A DNA stretch of 64,000 bases from Aurantimonadaceae bacterium (GCA_947474855.1 CANJKV010000002.1:20292-84291); one strand, 5' to 3'. Numbered from the stretch's first letter, positions 36,450-46,200 are shown. Notes: a model not told the origin generated them from the sequence alone. A program made the numbers and translations.

Positions 36450-38360
36450 ATGGCCAATCCCTTCCTTCAACGGGCGACGGAATACATCCGCGACGAGACG
36501 GCCTTCCTGGCCGTCGTCAGCCCGCAGCCGCTGACCACCTTCCTCACGAAGCACCCGCGCAGGGACGACCTGTTCCGGCTGCCCGTCCGCATCCTCGGAT
36601 CGCCGGGCAGCGGCAAGACGATGCTCGCCACGCTGGCGGAGTTCCGCCTCGTCGAGGCGATCCTGCGCGACCAGTCGAACGACGCGAACCGCGAGCTCGC
36701 CGCCGCGCTGGCCGATGCAGGCTTCCTTCGCGATGGGCGCCCCCGCATCGCCGCGGTGCGGGTTCCCATGGAGTCCGAATACCGCGACTTCTGGGAATTG
36801 CCCTACGAGGACGCGGTCAAGACGAAGCTGGCGATGTGGCTCGTCCAGGCGCGCACGATGCTGGCCCTCCTGCGGGGTCTCACCGCCAACGGCACACGCG
36901 ACCTCGACGACATCCGCTTCGTCGCGCGCGACGCCTCGGAAGCTCAGCTCGAGCAGATCGGCGGACTGAGCGCGGCCGGCATCCGCGATCGGGCACTCCA
37001 GGTCCAGCGCGCGATCTACTCCATCGGGGCGAGCCTCCTGCCGCCCAGGATCGAGGATCTACCGCCCGAGGCGACGGAACCCTACCAGCCCTTCGACAGC
37101 ATACGCGAGATCGAGATCATCTGGAACGGCGAACCTATCGAGGTGTCTCCGCTGGTGATGCTCGACGACGTCCATGCTCTTCATCCGGATCAGTTCGAAC
37201 AGATGTTCGGCGCGATGGCCCGCCGGGAAATCAGGTTCGGGCGATGGATGATGATGCGGCTCGACGCGTTGAGCCCGAAGGCGGTCTTCCGGTCGGCCGA
37301 GGCACTCGAGACGCACAATCTCAAGCCGGATCGCGACTTCATCAACGTCTTCATGCAGCGTCAGGCGGACCGGGCGAGCGAGAGGCGCCAGTTCCGGACG
37401 ATCGCGAACGACATGGCGAACAGATACCTGCCGCTCGTCAAGGCTCTGCGCGACCGGAACCAGACGCGGTTCGGAAGGCTGGTTCCCGACGAGCCGCCTC
37501 GGCTGACGGACGCGCGACGCAAGCAGCTTCGGTCGACCGTCGAGAAGGATCAGCGCAGGCTCGAGATCGGCCGAGGACGCCGGGAAGCCATCGAGCAGCT
37601 CGTATCCGCCTACTTCGCCGGCAAGGAGGGAGGCGACAAGGAGCCGGAAGTGGAGCTGGCGATGTGCCGGATCCTCATGCATCGGTATGCCAAGCGGGTA
37701 GCCCATCTCGAGCCGACGCTCTTCGAGGACATGGATCCCGATCCGAAGGTCCCCTTGAAGGCGGATGCCGACGTGGCCGATGCCGCCCGCCTTTTCCTGA
37801 ACGAGGAATTCGGACGCCCCTTCCACTACGGCATGAACGACCTGTGCGATGCCAGCAACGAGAACGCCGAGCTGTTCCTGCAGCTCTGCGGCGCCCTCGT
37901 GGCACGGATGGAGGCGCGGGTGGTGCAGGGCAAGTCGCCGGCCCTGCCGGCCGCGGTTCAGCAGACCGTTTTGAAGGAAACGGCGGCGGCGATCATGAAC
38001 GGCTGGTCTTTCCCGTTCGCCAAGCGGATCAGGACGCTGATCGCAGGCATCGGACAAGATTGCCGCGCGACCTCCCTGGTGCCGAACGCCCGCCTGGGGG
38101 CCGGAGCGAACGCCATCGGCGTTCCGCAAGCCGAGATCCGCGACCTCCTGGCTTCGAAGGACGACCTCGCGCTCGTCCTGAAGTACGCCGTTGCCTATGG
38201 CGCACTCGACGTTCAGATGAACTATGGCCAGGGCAACAAGATCTGGTGCCTGATCGAGTTGAGTGGCCTCGCCTGCCTCGCTCATGGCCTCACCTTCAAG
38301 AGAAGCGGATTCCTCGAGCGCGATCTTTCCTACGTGCGCGAATTGGTTGGACTGACGTGA
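36450..38360 (+). CDS. P-loop NTPase (636 aa), family not recognised
   Basis: Walker A is 'RILGSPGSGKTMLA' and the Walker-B-like stretch is 'PLVMLDDVHAL'. It starts 4 nt after the PRTase stop. Confidence 0.8.
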   Translation: MANPFLQRATEYIRDETAFLAVVSPQPLTTFLTKHPRRDDLFRLPVRILGSPGSGKTMLATLAEFRLVEAILRDQSNDANRELAAALADAGFLRDGRPRIAAVRVPMESEYRDFWELPYEDAVKTKLAMWLVQARTMLALLRGLTANGTRDLDDIRFVARDASEAQLEQIGGLSAAGIRDRALQVQRAIYSIGASLLPPRIEDLPPEATEPYQPFDSIREIEIIWNGEPIEVSPLVMLDDVHALHPDQFEQMFGAMARREIRFGRWMMMRLDALSPKAVFRSAEALETHNLKPDRDFINVFMQRQADRASERRQFRTIANDMANRYLPLVKALRDRNQTRFGRLVPDEPPRLTDARRKQLRSTVEKDQRRLEIGRGRREAIEQLVSAYFAGKEGGDKEPEVELAMCRILMHRYAKRVAHLEPTLFEDMDPDPKVPLKADADVADAARLFLNEEFGRPFHYGMNDLCDASNENAELFLQLCGALVARMEARVVQGKSPALPAAVQQTVLKETAAAIMNGWSFPFAKRIRTLIAGIGQDCRATSLVPNARLGAGANAIGVPQAEIRDLLASKDDLALVLKYAVAYGALDVQMNYGQGNKIWCLIELSGLACLAHGLTFKRSGFLERDLSYVRELVGLT

Positions 38361-39526
38361 CGCGGACGCATTGGGACAACTGCATCGCCCACTTCGACCA
38401 GGCCGTCGAGACGTTCGTCGGCGAATACTTCGGGAACAAGGACAGGAGATGCCTCCTAGTCGCCGCGGCAGGTTTCGATCCGAGATCCCGTCGCATCGCC
38501 GAACTTCTAGCGGATCAGATGGGCGATCGGCTCCAGGCCTTCTTCGTGCGCGAAGAGCGCGGACGGCCGGATACCGGCCTCGCCGCCGCGGCCGACGCGA
38601 ACGAGACGAGGCTGCGGTCCCTGGTTCCAGACTGCAAGGTCGTGCGCATCGACGTGTTCGGCGACGACGGTGCTCCGGTCGGAGGACCGCGGATGGCAAG
38701 GCTCGTCTCGGATCTTGTCCTGCCCCCGGAAATCACGGACGTGGTGCTCGACATGACGGCGTTCTCCGTCGGAATCGCGTTTCCGGCAGCCAGGATCCTG
38801 CTCGAAGGTTGCGAGAGGAACGGTCGACGTTCCTTCCACGTCATGGTCTCCTCCAATCCGGAGCTGGAAAGCAGGATCGTGGCCGAGCATGGCGGCCGCC
38901 CCATGGCGGTCCGAGGCTTCGCAGGAACGGACATCCTGTCCGAAACGCTCGACGTCGCCAGGATGTGGATCCCGCAGCTCGCTCCCGGCAACGCCTCGGT
39001 CTCGGCCCTGGACCAGATCGGCCGGTCCCTGGGTCAGTGCTACAAGATCTGTCCCGCCCTCCCCTTCCCGTCGCGGGATCCGAGGCGGTCCGACGCCCTC
39101 GTCGCCGAGTACGGGAAAGCCCTGGTCGACGAGTGGCAGGTCGATCCACGCGATCTCGTCCATCTCTCGGAACGCAATCCGCTCGACAGCTACCGCACGC
39201 TCTCGACGCTTGCCCGCCGCTACCGGAAGGCGGTCGAGAACGTCTTCGCTCCGGTCATCGTCGTTTCGCCGATGGGTGGCAGGGTCATGGCGATCGGCGC
39301 GTTCATGGCGGCCATCGAGCACGGGCTGGCGGTGAGCTACGTCGAGACGGTGAGATACGAGTTCGACGCGTCCGGACCGTTCGACGACGAGCCGCCGGAT
39401 ACCTTGCTGCATGTTCTGCTGTCGGGACCGGCATACGGCGACTACGACGACGCGATCGACGAGCTGACGGCGGCTGGTCCGCCCTGGGCGTCGGGGAACG
39501 GAACGGCCGCCGGGGAAAGGACTTGA
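38357..39526 (+). CDS. Hypothetical protein (389 aa), Rossmann-like; possible ligand-sensor domain
   Basis: The GTG start overlaps the NTPase stop (GTGA at 38357-38360). 'RCLLVAAAGFDPRS' and 'DVVLDMTAFSVGIAF' have a beta-strand/loop layout. This is the last third of an 896-aa track ORF whose first two-thirds is shadow. Confidence 0.7.
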   Translation: MTRTHWDNCIAHFDQAVETFVGEYFGNKDRRCLLVAAAGFDPRSRRIAELLADQMGDRLQAFFVREERGRPDTGLAAAADANETRLRSLVPDCKVVRIDVFGDDGAPVGGPRMARLVSDLVLPPEITDVVLDMTAFSVGIAFPAARILLEGCERNGRRSFHVMVSSNPELESRIVAEHGGRPMAVRGFAGTDILSETLDVARMWIPQLAPGNASVSALDQIGRSLGQCYKICPALPFPSRDPRRSDALVAEYGKALVDEWQVDPRDLVHLSERNPLDSYRTLSTLARRYRKAVENVFAPVIVVSPMGGRVMAIGAFMAAIEHGLAVSYVETVRYEFDASGPFDDEPPDTLLHVLLSGPAYGDYDDAIDELTAAGPPWASGNGTAAGERT

Positions 39527-39548
39527 CCATCGGCGGAACGAGCACGAG

Positions 39549-41522
39549 GTGGAGATGACGACCTTCTCGGAGAAGCTCTCCGGGTTGCCGGCGACCGTCG
39601 CGCTGGCCGCCGGAGCGGACCACTCGGACCTCGCGGCCGCCTTCCGCGACTCCGCGGGGCGGCCCGTGCTCGCCGTCGGCTCCGGCGGCTCGGCCATCGT
39701 CGCGGAGTACCTCGCGCGCTGCCGCGAGACGCTACGGTCGGGCTCGACGCGCACGGTCACGCCGATGGAGCTGGTGCTCGGCACCGAGGACCTGACCGGA
39801 GCGGACGTGTGGCTGTTCAGCGCCGGAGCCGAGAATCCCGACCTGCGCGCCGCGGTCCATGCCGCGCAGGCGCGTCGCGCCCGACGCATCCGTCTCGTGA
39901 CCAGGCGAGTCGATGCAGCCGAGGCCCTGGGACTGGCGCGCAGACCGCACGCATCCGTCCACGTCGTTCCGGTGGCGGTCCAGAAGGACGGCTTCCTCGC
40001 GACGCATTCGCTGGTGGGCTCGGTCGCCGCGCTTCTGCTGGCCTCCGACGTCGTCTCGGACGATCCCATCGGCGGGGTGGCCGCGGCGTTCGCGGCCGCG
40101 GTCGACGCGTCGGTCGCGGAAAGGCGTCGCCTCGAACTCCACGAGACCTTCTCGAGCCTGGATCGGAACGACACCCTGCTGGTCCTGTTCGACCCGCAGC
40201 TGTCGTGCGTCGCGACGCTGATCGAGACCTCGGCGTGGGAGGCGGCGATCTGTTCGGTGCAACGCGTCGACTTCCGCAACTTCGCCCACGGCCGCCACAC
40301 CTGGATCCATCATCGATCGGACCGGACCATGGTGCTGGCGTTGACCGGCCACGAGACCCGCGACACGTGGCGATCGATCGACGACCTTCTTCCGGCGGGA
40401 GTGCGCCGGACGTCGATGGACCTCGGCGGCGGCGGACGCCTCGACAACGCGAAGGCGATCGTGGAAGGCCTCGCGGTCGTCGAGGCCTTGGGTCTGGCAG
40501 CGAGGATCGATCCCGGAAGACCCGGCATCGGGGAGTTCGGCCGCTCCATCTACGAGGACGACGCCCTTCTCGGGCTCTCGCGCAGGCTCGACGGAGCCAC
40601 TCGCCAGAAGCGCACCGCCTCGCTCGCCCGGGACGAGCCCGCCACCGACCAGACCGGGATCCACGACGCCGGAGCTGCCCGGCTGGAACGCCTCGCCGAA
40701 GCCGCGGTGGGAGGCGTCGTGTTCGACTACGACGGCACGCTGGTCTCGACGCCCGACCGCTTCGATCCGCCCCGGGCGGCGCTGGTCGCGGAACTCGTCA
40801 GGCTACACGGACTGGGAGTGCGCCTGGCCGTGGCGACGGGGCGCGGCGGGTCGGCGGGGGAGGCGTTGCGGGAGGTCCTGCCGACCGAAGCCCACCCCGA
40901 CGTGCTGATCGGCTACTACAACGGCGCCTACCTGCGACCGCTCGCGGTCGACATCCGCTCGGCGCCGGCGCCCGCCGACCCGGCGATCGCGGAGACCGCG
41001 GGCTGGCTAGCAGCGCGGCCGGACCTCTTCAGGCGTGCATTCGAGCCGGCACGGCACCGGATGCAGATCACCATCGAGCGCGAGGACCTCGCCGACTGGG
41101 AGTCGTTCGGCCGGGAGATCGACGCCTGCGGGAGCGTCCGCTCGGGCTCCGTCAGGGTGACGCGATCCGGGCACAGCGTCGACATCGTCCTCGCCGCCGC
41201 CTCGAAGCTCGCGGTGGTGGAAGCGATCGCCGCGCAGCTTCCCGCCGGCTCGACCGTCCTGCGGATCGGCGACAGCGGCTCGCGACAAGGCAACGACAAC
41301 GAACTGCTCTCCCACGCCTACGGCATCAGCGTCGGAGAGGTCTGCGGCCGTCGCGATGGCTGCTGGTCCCTTTTCGGGGAGGAACTCACCGGCCCCGAGG
41401 CGGTTCTCAGGCTCCTTAAAGCCCTGCGTCCAGATGCGGCCGGCGTCGTGCGTGTGGATATCGTCTCGCTGGGCATCGACAGGACGCACGAATCGGGTAC
41501 GAATGGCGAACATGGCACCTGA
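39549..41522 (+). CDS. SIS (phosphosugar isomerase/binding) domain fused to HAD-IIB-like phosphatase
   Basis: The SIS part shows 'VLAVGSGGSAIVAEYLA' and 'DVWLFSAGAENPDLRAAVHAA...IRLVT'. The HAD part shows 'VVFDYDGTLVS' (motif I), 'LAVATGRG' and 'SKLAVV...LRIGDSGSRQGNDNELL' (motifs III/IV). Confidence 0.8.
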   Translation: MEMTTFSEKLSGLPATVALAAGADHSDLAAAFRDSAGRPVLAVGSGGSAIVAEYLARCRETLRSGSTRTVTPMELVLGTEDLTGADVWLFSAGAENPDLRAAVHAAQARRARRIRLVTRRVDAAEALGLARRPHASVHVVPVAVQKDGFLATHSLVGSVAALLLASDVVSDDPIGGVAAAFAAAVDASVAERRRLELHETFSSLDRNDTLLVLFDPQLSCVATLIETSAWEAAICSVQRVDFRNFAHGRHTWIHHRSDRTMVLALTGHETRDTWRSIDDLLPAGVRRTSMDLGGGGRLDNAKAIVEGLAVVEALGLAARIDPGRPGIGEFGRSIYEDDALLGLSRRLDGATRQKRTASLARDEPATDQTGIHDAGAARLERLAEAAVGGVVFDYDGTLVSTPDRFDPPRAALVAELVRLHGLGVRLAVATGRGGSAGEALREVLPTEAHPDVLIGYYNGAYLRPLAVDIRSAPAPADPAIAETAGWLAARPDLFRRAFEPARHRMQITIEREDLADWESFGREIDACGSVRSGSVRVTRSGHSVDIVLAAASKLAVVEAIAAQLPAGSTVLRIGDSGSRQGNDNELLSHAYGISVGEVCGRRDGCWSLFGEELTGPEAVLRLLKALRPDAAGVVRVDIVSLGIDRTHESGTNGEHGT

Positions 41523-42432
41523 TCGATCCGTCTCCTTCGACGTCGTCGGCACCGGCTTCACGGTGCTCGACCGCATCTACGCGGACGGCGACCTCGCCGG
41601 CGAGGCACTGGGCGGATCGTGCGGCAACGTGCTGCTCTCGCTGGCCATGCTTCAGCGGCAGGTGGCGCCGGTCCTCCTGCTCGGCATGGATCCGACGGGC
41701 GAACGGCTGGTGGGAGAATTCAGGCAAGCCGGGGCGGATGTGCGATACATCAATCGCCGTGGCGACGTCAGGTCGCCGGTGCTGACCCAGGATCTCGACA
41801 CGAGCTCGGGGCGACACAGCTTCAGCTTCGTCTGCCGCGAGACCCAGGTCCGCTTTCCGGCATATCAACCCATCCGCGACGACGACGTCGCGGCCGCCGA
41901 ACATGCCCTCAAAGCCTGCTCCGTCTTCTATGCGGACCGGCTTTCGCCGGCCGTGCTGCGTGCCATGGGACAAGCCCGATCGGCGGGGGCGATCGTGTAT
42001 TTCGAGCCGTCCGTGGATGACGACCCCCTGTTCGACGACGCCCTTCAGCTAGCGACGATCCTGAAATACTCGTCCGATCGCCTAGGTGACGAAAAGCGCG
42101 AAGCGATCGCGCAAAGCGGCGTCATCTCGATCGTCACCCATGGCGCAGAGGGACTAGAGATCCGGCGGAAGAGCAGCGGCTTGCGATGCGAAGCGGCGCC
42201 GGCAGGCCGCGTGACCGACGCTTGCGGGTCGGGCGACATGGTAAGTGTCGGGCTGATCGACTGGCTGCTGTCCCACGCCCGGGGCCGCCGCGACCTGTCT
42301 CCGGCAGACGTGCGGGAGGGCGTAAGGGCCGGCCAGCGCCTCGCCGCGGCCAATTGTGCCTTTGCCGGCGCGCGAGGACTGTTCCATCATCGGGGAGCGG
42401 CGCACGCCCGCCGTATCCTGTCGTCCCACTGA
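41511..42432 (+). CDS. PfkB-family sugar/nucleoside kinase
   Basis: 'VVGTGFTVLDRIY...LGGSCGNV' is PfkB signature 1-like and 'VTDACGSGDMVSVGL' is the D-x-x-G-x-G-D signature 2. It overlaps the upstream gene by 12 nt. Confidence 0.85.
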
Positions 42433-42441
42433 CACGCGCCG

Positions 42442-42936
42442 TCACTCGGCGGCGAGAAGCTCGCGGACAGGCACTCCGGCGCCTCCGAGTTCGCTTCGGA
42501 GCTCCATGAGCAACGTGCCGAGCATGTTGCGCCCCGTTCCGTTGACCTCACCCCAAAGTCGGTTGACCTCGTTATCGACGGTGGCCGCCTCCACCAGACG
42601 GGCTTCTCCCGTGGAGAGCAGCAGATCCCGCAGGTCACCGTGCTGCTCGAACTTGGCGTGCAGCACGCGCCGCATGCGGTCGAACTTCGTACGCGACCAG
42701 CCGGGCGCGACGTCCCAGTAATAGAGTCCATGCGCCGCCATGGCGAGCAGCGCAGGCGTGGGGGCGCTCATCAGCCATGACCTGACCGCAGGCTTTCGAG
42801 CTTTTCCCGCCTGATAGGCATGCTCGCTGGTCGCGAAGATTTCTCCCTCGAATTCGATAGGCCGGCGATAGAGGTTGCTGAACGCACCGTAGGGCTTCTC
42901 GCTAGCGCGATAGAAGCGGATCTCGTCTACCGGCAT
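42442..42936 (-). CDS. NADAR (YbiA/DUF1768) family protein
   Basis: 'FYRASEKPYGAFSNLYRRPIEFEGEIFATSEHAYQAGK...' and 'LVEAATVDNEVNRLWG' are typical NADAR blocks. It is convergent with the PfkB gene; the two stops are 9 nt apart. Confidence 0.85.
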   Translation of the reverse strand: MPVDEIRFYRASEKPYGAFSNLYRRPIEFEGEIFATSEHAYQAGKARKPAVRSWLMSAPTPALLAMAAHGLYYWDVAPGWSRTKFDRMRRVLHAKFEQHGDLRDLLLSTGEARLVEAATVDNEVNRLWGEVNGTGRNMLGTLLMELRSELGGAGVPVRELLAAE

Positions 42937-42985
42937 GGCTCGCTCCGACTTGCAAACTCTCTTGCGATGCTACATGCATATTTGC

Positions 42986-43333
42986 ATGAAATCAACGGCG
43001 AACGCCCTTGCGGAGATCAAGGCTCGGTTAGCCTCCGCATACAAGGAGGGAGGCCTCTCCCAGGCCGAGATAGCTCGCTTGGCAGGGGTAGACCCAAGTC
43101 AGGTGAGCCGCATCTGCCGCGGGCAATTTAAGAGAGCCAGTCCCAGTGTCATGCAAATTTGCAATGTTCTTGGAATCCGTGGCGACATCCTTGTCGAGCC
43201 CGGCACGGAGTCGGGTGGTTCCTGGGCACGGATGCTGGCGAGCCTACGCGAGCTATGGGACGAAACGCCGGAAGGCGCCGATAGCATCCTCCGGATGCTA
43301 GATGCCGTCGCTGCGTTGCGACGCGCTCAGTGA
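42986..43333 (+). CDS. XRE-type HTH regulator
   Basis: 'LSQAEIARLAGVDPSQVSRICRGQ' is an HTH. It is divergent from NADAR. The start is set at the ATG at 42986 (MKSTANAL). Confidence 0.7.
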   Translation: MKSTANALAEIKARLASAYKEGGLSQAEIARLAGVDPSQVSRICRGQFKRASPSVMQICNVLGIRGDILVEPGTESGGSWARMLASLRELWDETPEGADSILRMLDAVAALRRAQ

Positions 43334-43666
43334 AGTGACGCGTCGGCCGACGACCGGATGCTCGGCCGAGGCGCGGTACTGCCACGGCACACCGATCTCC
43401 TTCGGCTCGGTGGCGAACCTGTCCTCGACCCGCCTTCACCGTTACGAATCTTCCGCCGGACGGAGAGGTGATGACGACGAGCGATCTTCAAGGTCAGGAA
43501 CCGGCGCGACATCTGGGTGCGGATCGGCGCGCTGCTTCGACGCCGATCGGCATGGCAATCTATCGATGGCGCTGACATGACGCTGGTCGTCCTGCATTGC
43601 CGATCGATGCCTATGGGAGCTTCTGCTGGCCCTTGGTCGACCAGATTACCGGCATCAGCCGGAATT

Positions 43667-45412
43667 TCAGGCGCTCAGACGCTCGAAGCCAGCCTCATCA
43701 TCGGGACGGCGCGTCTCGGCCGCCTTAGCGTTTCGCAACGACGCGCGTGCCGGAGAAGACGATACGCTTGCGAAGTCGGCAGCCCGTTCCTGCTGGTTTT
43801 TGATGCCGATCCCGATCGGGCCGGTCGCGGACCGGGCCAATGACATCATCGAGGATGCCGGCACGTTTGTCGTAGTCACCGCGGCTGTCCGCGAAAGCGT
43901 TTCGTTGAGCTTGAAGAAGGCCGTGAGTTCATTGAGCGAGACGGCCTCACCGGCGAGTGCCTCGGCGGTCGCGGTCATTTCGGTGGCGGCACCGGCGTTG
44001 GCCTGCGTCACTTGATCGAGCTGCACCACGGACTGGTTGATCTGCTCGATGCCGATCGACTGCTCCCGGCACGCTGCCGAGATCTCCGAAACTAGTTCAC
44101 TGGTGCGCTGGATGTCCGGGAGCAGGCTCTCGAACTCTCGACCTGCTTCCTCTGAAATCGCGAGTGTCTCGCCTGACAGCGCACCGATTTCGGCCGCAGC
44201 CTGCTGCGAGCGCTCGGCGAGCTTGCGGACCTCAGAGGCAACGACGGCAAAGCCCTTGCCGTGCGCACCAGCGCGTGCCGCCTCGATGGCCGCATTGAGA
44301 GCCAGCAGGTCGGTCTGGCGGGCGATCTCCCGGACCACGCGCACCTTCTCGGTGATCGACCGCATAGCCTCCAGCGATCCGGCAATGGCCACCTGGCTGC
44401 GTCCAGCGCTCTGGGCTGCCGTGGCAGCGATCTTCTCGGCCTGAGCGGCATTCTCGGCGTTCTGCCGAACGTTGGCGGTCATCTCTTGGATTGCGGCCGA
44501 TGTTTCCTCGGAAGCCGCCGCCTGCTCGGTGGAGCCCGACGACAGCTGCTCGGCGGTGGCCGCCGACTGGCGCGAACCCGATGCTACCTGCGCCGCGGAT
44601 CCCAGCACGTCCGCGACGATCCCATTCAGCTTCAACCGCATCTGGCACAGGTCGGTCAAGAGCGTGCCGATCTCGTCCGTGCGGTCATGGATGATACGGT
44701 GCGTAAGGTCGCCGTTGCCGATGCGGTGCACGTTTTCCGAAACGCGGCCGATGCCCCGCGTGAGGTTCAGGCTGACGATGGTGGCCAGGCTTCCACCGAG
44801 CAGAAGCGCTGCAGCGGCAATGCCGAGCGCGAGATTAAACGTGCGTCCATGTTCCGCCCGGGCGTCCTGCAAAAACGTGGCGGCGCGCTGCGTCGCCCTC
44901 TCCATCAAAGCCTCACCCATCTGCGAGAGAGCCAGCGCCGCGGGCTTCTGCTGCTGCTCAATGAAAGCTAGAGCCTTGCCGCCATTCGCCGTTTCACCGA
45001 TTTTCGCCGCCGCACCCAAGGTGAGGGCCTCATCCGCCAGCGCACGGTAGGCCTGCAGGGACGAAAGAAGGTCCGCCGTCTCCGCCTTGCCGCTCTCGAT
45101 TTTCACGGCCCCGAGGTAGCGCGTCGTCGCTGCCTCAACAGCCGTCCAGGCTGCCGCATACTCGCGCTCGAGCGCAGCTAGCTGTCCAGTTTCGGTGGTC
45201 GTAACCGACTGCCGGATGGTGCGCCGGATGATCTCGAGGTTCTGGGCGATCCCAGCGGCGCCCTGGACCTGCTCGAACGGCCGCTCCGCAAAGGCGACCA
45301 GCCTAGTGTTGCTGTCGATCAGCGCTTTCTCGCCGACCACCCCCATCACTCCGGTCATGAGCAGGAGCGCACCGAAGCTCATCGCGAGCTTCATCTTTAT
45401 GGTCAACCGCAT
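43667..45412 (-). CDS. Methyl-accepting chemotaxis protein
   Basis: There is an N-terminal TM segment, a HAMP region and the highly conserved signalling hairpin '[42 protein letters not shown]'. Confidence 0.9.
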   Translation of the reverse strand: MRLTIKMKLAMSFGALLLMTGVMGVVGEKALIDSNTRLVAFAERPFEQVQGAAGIAQNLEIIRRTIRQSVTTTETGQLAALEREYAAAWTAVEAATTRYLGAVKIESGKAETADLLSSLQAYRALADEALTLGAAAKIGETANGGKALAFIEQQQKPAALALSQMGEALMERATQRAATFLQDARAEHGRTFNLALGIAAAALLLGGSLATIVSLNLTRGIGRVSENVHRIGNGDLTHRIIHDRTDEIGTLLTDLCQMRLKLNGIVADVLGSAAQVASGSRQSAATAEQLSSGSTEQAAASEETSAAIQEMTANVRQNAENAAQAEKIAATAAQSAGRSQVAIAGSLEAMRSITEKVRVVREIARQTDLLALNAAIEAARAGAHGKGFAVVASEVRKLAERSQQAAAEIGALSGETLAISEEAGREFESLLPDIQRTSELVSEISAACREQSIGIEQINQSVVQLDQVTQANAGAATEMTATAEALAGEAVSLNELTAFFKLNETLSRTAAVTTTNVPASSMMSLARSATGPIGIGIKNQQERAADFASVSSSPARASLRNAKAAETRRPDDEAGFERLSA

Positions 45413-45781
45413 TCGTAATCCGTCAAAGTGATCGTCTGGAATGACGATGTCGCGCCGCTCACATGCGCTCTGGCGCACTGAATTGAAGGGTCCGCAGGAT
45501 CCAGCACAATGGAAATACAAGAGCAGGATGCATAAACTTTTAACGCGCAGACAATGATTACTTCAGGTAGCAGTTACAATCGCGTCGCATCGTCAAGGCA
45601 CCAGCAAATCGCTTCCGCAAGACAAAGCTGGAGCAGCGACCAGTAAGATGATGCGAGCTTCCAGCGGATGATTGTCAGGACCTCTGATGCCTACCCGCCA
45701 GAGGAACGTATGACCAAGAACAGGATGGCCACGCATCTGCTCCAACGTGGCCTCGTCGCCGGGCGCCAATTTGAGACCTGG

Positions 45782-46200
45782 CTAGGCAACGGTCTCTTTG
45801 AGGGCTATGAGGAAGTAGTCGGGCTTTCGGTTGTAGCAGGTGGCAAGGCCGCGCATCTGCCTGATGCGGCTGAAGAAGCGCTCGACGAGGTTGCGCTGGC
45901 AGTAGACCCAGCGGCTGAAGGTGAAGATGCCCTTGCTCGTCGAGCGCGGCGGGGTGTTGGCCCAGGTGCCCCGCGCAGCCAAGAAGGACCGGATGCCGTC
46001 GGTGTCGTAGGCCTTGTCCGCGATCACGGTTCCGCCGGGCGCAACAGTGTCGAGGAGCTTGGTTGCGACTGGTGCGTCGCCGACTCGACCGGCGGTGAGT
46101 TAGAGAAGCAGCGGCCGACCTGCGGCGTCCACCAGGGCGTGGATCTTGGTGGTCGGGCCGCCTCTTGAACGTCCCATGCAAGAATCGGCCGCCCCCTTCT
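45782..46200 (-). pseudogene. IS5-family (IS427-group) transposase orfB fragment, 5'-truncated with an internal stop
   Basis: 'GRSRGGPTTKIHALVDAAGRPLLL*LTAGRVGDAPVATKLLD...VIADKAYDTDGIRSFL...NLVERFFSRIRQMRGLATCYNRKPDYF' is recognisable. No orfA lies upstream. Confidence 0.7.

Noticed and set aside
36836-38356. The first two-thirds of the 896-aa plus-strand ORF (36836..39526), and the 546/597-aa antisense ORFs.
   Set aside because: This part is Arg-rich and overlaps the well-supported P-loop NTPase frame. The protein-like sequence begins only at the GTG at 38357.
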